Origin: an uncultured virus (IMG/VR IMGVR_UViG_3300023179_000084)
Taxonomy: Duplodnaviria; Heunggongvirae; Uroviricota; Caudoviricetes
Virus record (IMG/VR): IMGVR_UViG_3300023179_000084
Reading direction: 5' to 3' (one strand)
Length of the DNA stretch: 20,000 nucleotides
How positions within the stretch are numbered: position 1 is the first letter of the stretch; each line of letters opens with the position of its first letter. This document shows, piece by piece, positions 15,452 through 20,000 of this stretch. The notes beneath the pieces are model-generated. The model was not told the DNA's origin, searched no databases, and saw nothing but the letters and a program-made list of their open reading frames with translations. The translations under genes were made by a program, and so were the position numbers.

Positions 15452-15464
15452 TAGTTTTTAGAAC

Positions 15465-15770
15465 CTAGTCAACTAGGTCATGCTCAACGAATACGTCTAC
15501 AATGTGAGCAGGCATCTTTACAGTTTCCATATCGCTCCAGCGTCTAAGTGCGATAAGCTCGCCCATCTTGCGATCAAACTTATCATTACTAGAACACCAA
15601 GCAAAGCTTACGTTATAAAATTTAGCATTGCTACGGTCGATGGTAGGTTCGCAAACCATGGTCATGCCAGGTTCTAGATCGTTCGGTTTTTTAGTGTGAA
15701 CAAATCCGCCAAATTCGCGCAAAAACGCTTTGAGGTTTTTACGTTCCAATTTTTGAGTAGTGGTCAGCAT
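15465..15770 (-). CDS. Hypothetical phage protein
   Basis: 101 aa, AGGA RBS; AWCSSNDKFDRKMGELIALRR. Confidence 0.8.
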   Translation of the reverse strand: MLTTTQKLERKNLKAFLREFGGFVHTKKPNDLEPGMTMVCEPTIDRSNAKFYNVSFAWCSSNDKFDRKMGELIALRRWSDMETVKMPAHIVDVFVEHDLVD

Positions 15771-15824
15771 AGTATAATTCCTAGAGTGTTGTGAATTTTA
15801 TAGCGGGGCCGAAGCCCCTAAGAT

Positions 15825-16151
15825 TTATAACGGCTTGCTATTAGCAAGTGCGTCGAAAATCGCCTTGAGAGCGGATTTGTTCGCTTTGGTAAGCGATTCG
15901 ACATCGTTTTCGCTCAAGCGCAAAATCGCGCCGATAGCATCAGCCGTTACATCTTTTTTAACGGGTTTTTCGCCGTTCTTGTTTACATAACTTTTAGCGA
16001 TGTAAACTTTTTCACGCGAAAGTTTCGCTACAATTGAACGAACGGTTTTACCCATAGCTTGCGCTATAGATTCTACAGCGACACCCGCCTGATAATCCGC
16101 TATAATTTTTGCGGTTTGCTCGGCGGTATAGTTGACAGCCTTTTCAGCCAT
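15825..16151 (-). CDS. T5 A2-like pre-early DNA-binding protein (paralog 3)
   Basis: YTAEQT...IAQAMGKTVRSIVAKLSREKVY...ESLTKANK; AGGAG RBS; followed by GGGGC-TTCG-GCCCC hairpin (15805-15818). Confidence 0.8.
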   Translation of the reverse strand: MAEKAVNYTAEQTAKIIADYQAGVAVESIAQAMGKTVRSIVAKLSREKVYIAKSYVNKNGEKPVKKDVTADAIGAILRLSENDVESLTKANKSALKAIFDALANSKPL

Positions 16152-16289
16152 TGCTATAACTCCTAGATCGTGGGGGCTTGCGGTATTGCTTCCCTGCCAC
16201 AGAAAGCATTATACGCGCTTCCCAGCCCTAGAATGTCGCCCAGACGACAATTGGCTGCCATTCATCGGATATATAGGCGGCAGTGCCCG

Positions 16290-16374
16290 CCGACCAGTGG
16301 CACTCACCACCCGACGAACGGCGGCCCCAGGGGGTTGACACGGCCACAAAAATTATGATATAATTTTTGGCGCC
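16290..16374 (+). promoter_or_regulatory. Repeat module
   Basis: CCGACCAGTGG 16290, CCGACGAACGG 16311; TTGACA 16335-N18-TATAAT; TTGGCGCC. Confidence 0.75.
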
Positions 16375-16407
16375 ATATGGCTATAATTTTTATAACGATT
16401 TGATGTG

Positions 16408-16530
16408 CCGATAAACGGCAGACACCACCCGACAAATGGCAGCAAAATCTCTTGACACGGCCACAAAAATTATGATATAATTATATCATAATTTTGGCGC
16501 CAGCGCTCTAAATTCTATAATTTAGAGCTC
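16408..16530 (+). promoter_or_regulatory. Repeat module
   Basis: CCGATAAACGG 16408, CCGACAAATGG 16429; TTGACA 16452-N18-TATAAT within palindrome AAAATTATGATATAATTATATCATAATTTT; GGCGCC; GCTCTAAATTCTATAATTTAGAGC. Confidence 0.75.
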
Positions 16531-16538
16531 TATAAAAT

Positions 16539-16928
16539 TTATAACATTCTAACGATTGGATCGTTTTTATTTATATAATATTGATGAAATCTATTAGGTG
16601 GCAAGCCATACTCTTGCATCATCTTGCACCACATAGGCCCATGCCAAAAGTTAGTAGGATCATCGCCGTTGATTATAAAATCTGCAACATGAATTAGTTC
16701 GTGTGGTACAATTTCTAGAAGCATCTGCTGCTTATAACGGTTAAAAAATTTGCTTGAAAATTCTACCGAATGGATTTCACAGTGTGCCAATCCCGCAGTG
16801 CGCCACATACGGTTATTAATTTTAACCTTGGGAGCGTTATGTTTTTTGAGTTCGGGATAGGTTGCCTGTAGGGCAGCCCATACTAGATAAACTTGTCGTT
16901 CTACAATTTGTATCAGCGGCTTGGCCAT
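16539..16928 (-). CDS. SprT-like zinc metalloprotease
   Basis: RMWRTAG, HELIH (HExxH), HGPMW. Confidence 0.85.
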   Translation of the reverse strand: MAKPLIQIVERQVYLVWAALQATYPELKKHNAPKVKINNRMWRTAGLAHCEIHSVEFSSKFFNRYKQQMLLEIVPHELIHVADFIINGDDPTNFWHGPMWCKMMQEYGLPPNRFHQYYINKNDPIVRML

Positions 16929-17164
16929 ATTTTATACCTTAAAATTATTGCTACAAGAAACAGATTGATTGCGTAGTTTGCTATTAATATTATATCGCCC
17001 TTGGGTACGATATAAACAATCATAAAAACTTCGCCCCAAAACCACATCATTAAAAAAGGCCAGGTTAAACCGTCTGAATTTTTAGTACGATATGATTCTA
17101 GGGCTTGTGGTACTGCCGAAAAGGCGAGCATAAGCCCGCCAAGCCAACCTAGTAAATCAAGCAT
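16913..17164 (-). CDS. PQ-loop / SemiSWEET-like membrane protein
   Basis: Three hydrophobic segments, AVPQALESYRTKNSDGLTW. Confidence 0.85.
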   Translation of the reverse strand: MLDLLGWLGGLMLAFSAVPQALESYRTKNSDGLTWPFLMMWFWGEVFMIVYIVPKGDIILIANYAINLFLVAIILRYKIWPSR

Positions 17165-17843
17165 TGAAATGATCCTTGACTTGAAAGTTAGCCCATGAAT
17201 AGTTACAAATTTTAGATTGCCAATCTTTAGTTGCTATAACTTTTAGTAGCACAGGAATTTCATAGCCTGTTATATCTTCTAGAGCGGTATGTGGTTCTTT
17301 GGTGAAAGTACCCGTTACAAAACCTGCAACAGCTTCTGCATCCGTTCTAAAAGTCATATTGCCACGCTCGGTCGGAGCATTAAACAGATGGTTCTGCAAA
17401 ACATAACGCAAGTATGCTTTGCGGTGGCAAATGATTGCGGATGCCGCATACCATAGGCAAAACCTATTAGTGAAACCGTCTAGTATAATTCCTGTATTGC
17501 TACATTTTTCAGAATCAAATGTTAGGTTGTATGCAGTAAGTGTAGGGTTATAAAGTGTAATACATTTATCAAGCCAGCGATTTATAGCACCTACCGATGC
17601 CACAACGCGACGACCATCATCAAGCATAGTGTTATAATTTTTGATACGTCGCTCAAGATTAGCAGCATTGAAAAAACCGGTTTTCTCATTGTACCAAAGT
17701 GTAGAAAGTTCTAAATCTTTGACAATGACGGCAATACTGTCATAGATTTTACCACGACGATCAACGATAACTGCTGCAAAATCTATAACCTTGTTGTCGA
17801 TGGTGGTTTCAGTATCGACGACACAAAAGTATTGTTGTTTCAT
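17157..17843 (-). CDS. DEDDh 3'-5' exonuclease
   Basis: VVDTETT (ExoI), AYNLTFD (ExoII), HTALED (ExoIII). Confidence 0.85.
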   Translation of the reverse strand: MKQQYFCVVDTETTIDNKVIDFAAVIVDRRGKIYDSIAVIVKDLELSTLWYNEKTGFFNAANLERRIKNYNTMLDDGRRVVASVGAINRWLDKCITLYNPTLTAYNLTFDSEKCSNTGIILDGFTNRFCLWYAASAIICHRKAYLRYVLQNHLFNAPTERGNMTFRTDAEAVAGFVTGTFTKEPHTALEDITGYEIPVLLKVIATKDWQSKICNYSWANFQVKDHFNA

Positions 17844-17938
17844 AATTTATAACCTAATAAAGTGAGTGAGATGCTAGTATAGCACAAAAAAGCTGCAAGT
17901 GCATGCCGTTTGTCAGTTCCACACCGCCGCTCATCCGA

Positions 17939-18045
17939 CCGACCAGCGGTCGATAGCATCCGACGAACGGTCGGTCTAGCCCTTGACACGGCCACAAAAA
18001 TTATGATATAATTTTTGGCGCCACCGATATAAAAATTATATCGGT
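17939..18045 (+). promoter_or_regulatory. Repeat module
   Basis: CCGACCAGCGG 17939, CCGACGAACGG 17960; TTGACA 17983-N18-TATAAT; GGCGCC; ACCGATATAAAAATTATATCGGT. Confidence 0.75.
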
Positions 18046-18068
18046 ATGTTTTTTATAACGTGGAACCA

Positions 18069-18084
18069 TGTTCCACGTGGAACC
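18069..18084. promoter_or_regulatory. parS (ParB-binding) site
   Basis: TGTTCCACGTGGAACC palindrome matching chromosomal parS consensus; adjacent half-site ACGTGGAACC at 18058-18067. Confidence 0.75.
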
Positions 18085-18257
18085 TAGTCCCAAAGCTCTT
18101 CAGGTTCGCTGTTATAAGTTCTATATAGATCGTCGTACATTCTAGCAAGCCAGCCAGCATCTTGCCAGTCTTGTAGTGTTCCAAAACTTGGAACAACCGC
18201 ATACATTTTCTCGTAGAGTGTTATAAAATCTATTTGAAGTTGTGTGATAGTTTTCAT
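18084..18257 (-). CDS. Hypothetical protein, not in ORF track
   Basis: MKTITQLQIDFITLYEKMYAVVPSFGTLQDWQDAGWLARMYDDLYRTYNSEPEELWD (57 aa), AAGGA RBS. Confidence 0.75.
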   Translation of the reverse strand: MKTITQLQIDFITLYEKMYAVVPSFGTLQDWQDAGWLARMYDDLYRTYNSEPEELWD

Positions 18258-18472
18258 ATCAGTGTCCTTGTTTGCTGGGAATGTTATATTTAATCGTACA
18301 TAATAATTCTGTCATCTTTTATATCAATATGTTGCAGGGGGTTATCCTGCCCATATTCACTGTCATATATCATAACTCTTTTTTGTGGGTCAAATTGACG
18401 TAAAAAGTTAATCAAATCGCCAATGTTATAAATATCTTCCGATTTCATATCAGTGTCCTTGTTTGCTGGGAA
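18252..18472. repeat. 30-bp exact direct repeat (18252-18281, 18443-18472)
   Basis: TTTCATATCAGTGTCCTTGTTTGCTGGGAA twice, flanking a small ORF. Confidence 0.9.
18290..18448 (-). CDS. Hypothetical protein
   Basis: MKSEDIYNIGDLINFLRQFDPQKRV... (52 aa), AAGGA RBS. Confidence 0.7.
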   Translation of the reverse strand: MKSEDIYNIGDLINFLRQFDPQKRVMIYDSEYGQDNPLQHIDIKDDRIIMYD

Positions 18473-18923
18473 CGTAAACGCCCCTAATGTTAAAAAAATC
18501 ACAAACTGTTTTAAGATATTGAACATTGTCCTCATAGAACACAATGTCACAAATATTGAAACGATTTTTATAATCGGCTAAGATCGGTCTAAGTCCTGTA
18601 ACCTTTAGCGTACCACCTGAAGTGTTATCGCCTTCCGTTCTACTAACTATATGGTCAGGATCGCCTAACCGCGTGCTAATAAATTCAAGATCAGTGTCCC
18701 GCAAAATACGGGCAGTAGCGATAATAACAATACAGTAGGGATCAAGGTTATCTTTTTTATATTGTTCTGCAAGTGGTAACAAGCTGTCGTCCATAGCGCG
18801 ATGCTCATTTTGACGCCAGTAGCCAAGGTCGATACGCTCACCTGCGTTACTAAAAATAGTACGGTAGCGATGCAGTGAGCATACAATTGTGCCATCCATG
18901 TCATAGATTGCTATCCTTTTCAT
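18450..18923 (-). CDS. dmp: HAD-family deoxynucleoside 5'-monophosphatase (T5 Dmp-like)
   Basis: IYDMDGTIVCSLHR, DSLLPLA, IIATAR, FYEDN; resembles T5 dmp (WDLDGTIINSFHR...DTLLPLV...ICTAR) as recalled. Confidence 0.75.
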   Translation of the reverse strand: MKRIAIYDMDGTIVCSLHRYRTIFSNAGERIDLGYWRQNEHRAMDDSLLPLAEQYKKDNLDPYCIVIIATARILRDTDLEFISTRLGDPDHIVSRTEGDNTSGGTLKVTGLRPILADYKNRFNICDIVFYEDNVQYLKTVCDFFNIRGVYVPSKQGH

Positions 18924-19005
18924 TACAGTGTGCCTAGTAGTTGCTATGCCATAATTATACACGAAATCCCTGCCGTTGAAACCCCTAAAATCTGCCGCAC
19001 ATCAG

Positions 19006-19107
19006 ACGACCAGTGGTAGATTTGAGCCGACGAACGGTCACCAAAACCCTTGACACGGTTGCAAATTATATGCTATAATTTGGCGCCTCAGCTATAATTT
19101 TTATAGC
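19006..19107 (+). promoter_or_regulatory. Repeat module
   Basis: ACGACCAGTGG 19006, CCGACGAACGG 19027; TTGACA 19050-N18-TATAAT; TTGGCGCC; GCTATAATTTTTATAGC. Confidence 0.75.
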
Positions 19108-19124
19108 GATTTAATTTTTATAGC

Positions 19125-19140
19125 TGTTTCACGTGGAACC
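19125..19140. promoter_or_regulatory. parS (ParB-binding) site
   Basis: TGTTTCACGTGGAACC. Confidence 0.7.
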
Positions 19141-19269
19141 TGTGCTTGGTTTCACCGTTTTTCTGTTCTAGTTTTTTGTTCCTGTGCTTGCCCGCACCGG
19201 TTTGGGTACGCAGTGGCCCCTGCCGAGGCTTTTGTGCTAATTTATAGATTGGTTGTACAGGTATAATTT

Positions 19270-19494
19270 TCATAATAGTCTAGGCTTTCCAAAACCGCGT
19301 TTGTCCATTTCACCACGAACGCTATCAATCATATAACAGTTGCGCTCGTAACTAATTAGATCGTTATCATAATCCCAATGGCTGGCCGCGCTACCATCAA
19401 AATAGTCTAGCAGTTCGTCGTTGAGGTCTAGCAACTCTTGGTTCGATATAGTTGCTAGATCAGTGCCATCAGGCAGCATCATTGTAAAATTCAT
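19270..19494 (-). CDS. Hypothetical acidic protein
   Basis: 74 aa, GAGGAG RBS, ATGA overlap. Confidence 0.75.
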   Translation of the reverse strand: MNFTMMLPDGTDLATISNQELLDLNDELLDYFDGSAASHWDYDNDLISYERNCYMIDSVRGEMDKRGFGKPRLL

Positions 19495-19781
19495 AACATC
19501 AGCTCCTCAGCAGGATAAGTAATTTTACCATCAAATTCAAGTTGTTGTTGTTCAAATTGTGTAACATAGTCGTCATTGACCAGTTCCCAGCCAATGATAT
19601 ATTCTTTAGTATAATCGCCATCGTGTTCGATCATATCTTTGGCTAAAAGCATTTTAGCCAAAGCCTCAGCATCATCTGCTATGTTTTTTACAACATAGTC
19701 GTTGCCACCCTTCATTTTCCAGTAGGGGTTATGAGCCGAGCCGTAGTTCTCGCAGAATTGTGTAGTGATTATAAGTTTCAT
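19491..19781 (-). CDS. Conserved hypothetical phage protein
   Basis: 96 aa, ITTQFCENYG...YWKMKGG, GAGG RBS. Confidence 0.8.
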   Translation of the reverse strand: MKLIITTQFCENYGSAHNPYWKMKGGNDYVVKNIADDAEALAKMLLAKDMIEHDGDYTKEYIIGWELVNDDYVTQFEQQQLEFDGKITYPAEELML

Positions 19782-19782
19782 A

Positions 19783-19968
19783 TCAAACCTCGTATTGTTT
19801 AGCTAATTGTTCCTGATGCTTTGCCATTTTAGCATAAGCATCGCTTTTTGCAACATTGCCTGCAACTGTTTCGTTTTTTGAAATGATCCAGTATGCTTCA
19901 GCATTGCGGCGGGCTATGCGAAGCTTTACTTGTCGCATAAACTCGCTATATTTTCTGTTACGGTTCAT
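19783..19968 (-). CDS. Hypothetical basic protein
   Basis: 61 aa, GAGGA RBS. Confidence 0.7.
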   Translation of the reverse strand: MNRNRKYSEFMRQVKLRIARRNAEAYWIISKNETVAGNVAKSDAYAKMAKHQEQLAKQYEV

Positions 19969-20000
19969 CTTGCTATCCTCTGTCTTGCTATGCTTGTAAT

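Noticed and set aside
272..18904. Shadow ORFs (272-472, 6579-6878, 7131-7430, 8210-8398, 8530-8715, 8648-8842, 9760-9969, 10670-10909, 10917-11132, 12593-12781, 15480-15677, 16132-16338, 16170-16358, 18665-18904)
   Set aside because: Overlap better-supported genes, RNAs or regulatory repeats; no clear RBS or recognisable motifs
14626..19107. CRISPR array from the repeated modules or the 84-nt tandem
   Set aside because: Irregular spacing, intervening genes, degenerate repeats and no cas genes
1..20000. Stop-codon recoding
   Set aside because: Genes are intact under the standard code, all three stops are used and no suppressor tRNA is seen

Overview
AT-rich fragment of a lytic dsDNA phage genome with T5-like (Demerecviridae-like) hallmarks, judged from recalled protein motifs rather than database searches: D2- and D3-like genes, three A2/D3-family paralogs and a dmp-like HAD nucleotidase. 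1-3.6 kb (minus strand) holds UvsE UV endonuclease, tRNA-Leu, DUF5664 nucleotide diphosphohydrolase and Hsp20 with a ROSE-like thermometer. 3.7-11.5 kb (plus strand) holds an SleB-type hydrolase, ThyX, many small hypothetical genes, a metallophosphoesterase and tRNAs Cys/Trp/Glu/Thr behind sigma70-type promoters. About 9.8-10.2 kb and 11.5-13.45 kb form an ncRNA-rich island: a complete type I hammerhead ribozyme, several stem-closed small RNAs, a tandem 84-nt RNA duplication, a large structured RNA and a tRNA-like element. 14.6-20 kb resembles a T5-like pre-early/terminal region. Its minus-strand genes are separated by repeated plus-strand modules (paired AlgR/LytTR-type boxes at 21-bp period, TTGACA-N18-TA(T/A)AAT, TTGGCGCC, AT palindrome), and two modules are followed by near-perfect parS sites. 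This host-factor-binding array and the ncRNA island are the best candidates for an undescribed system.
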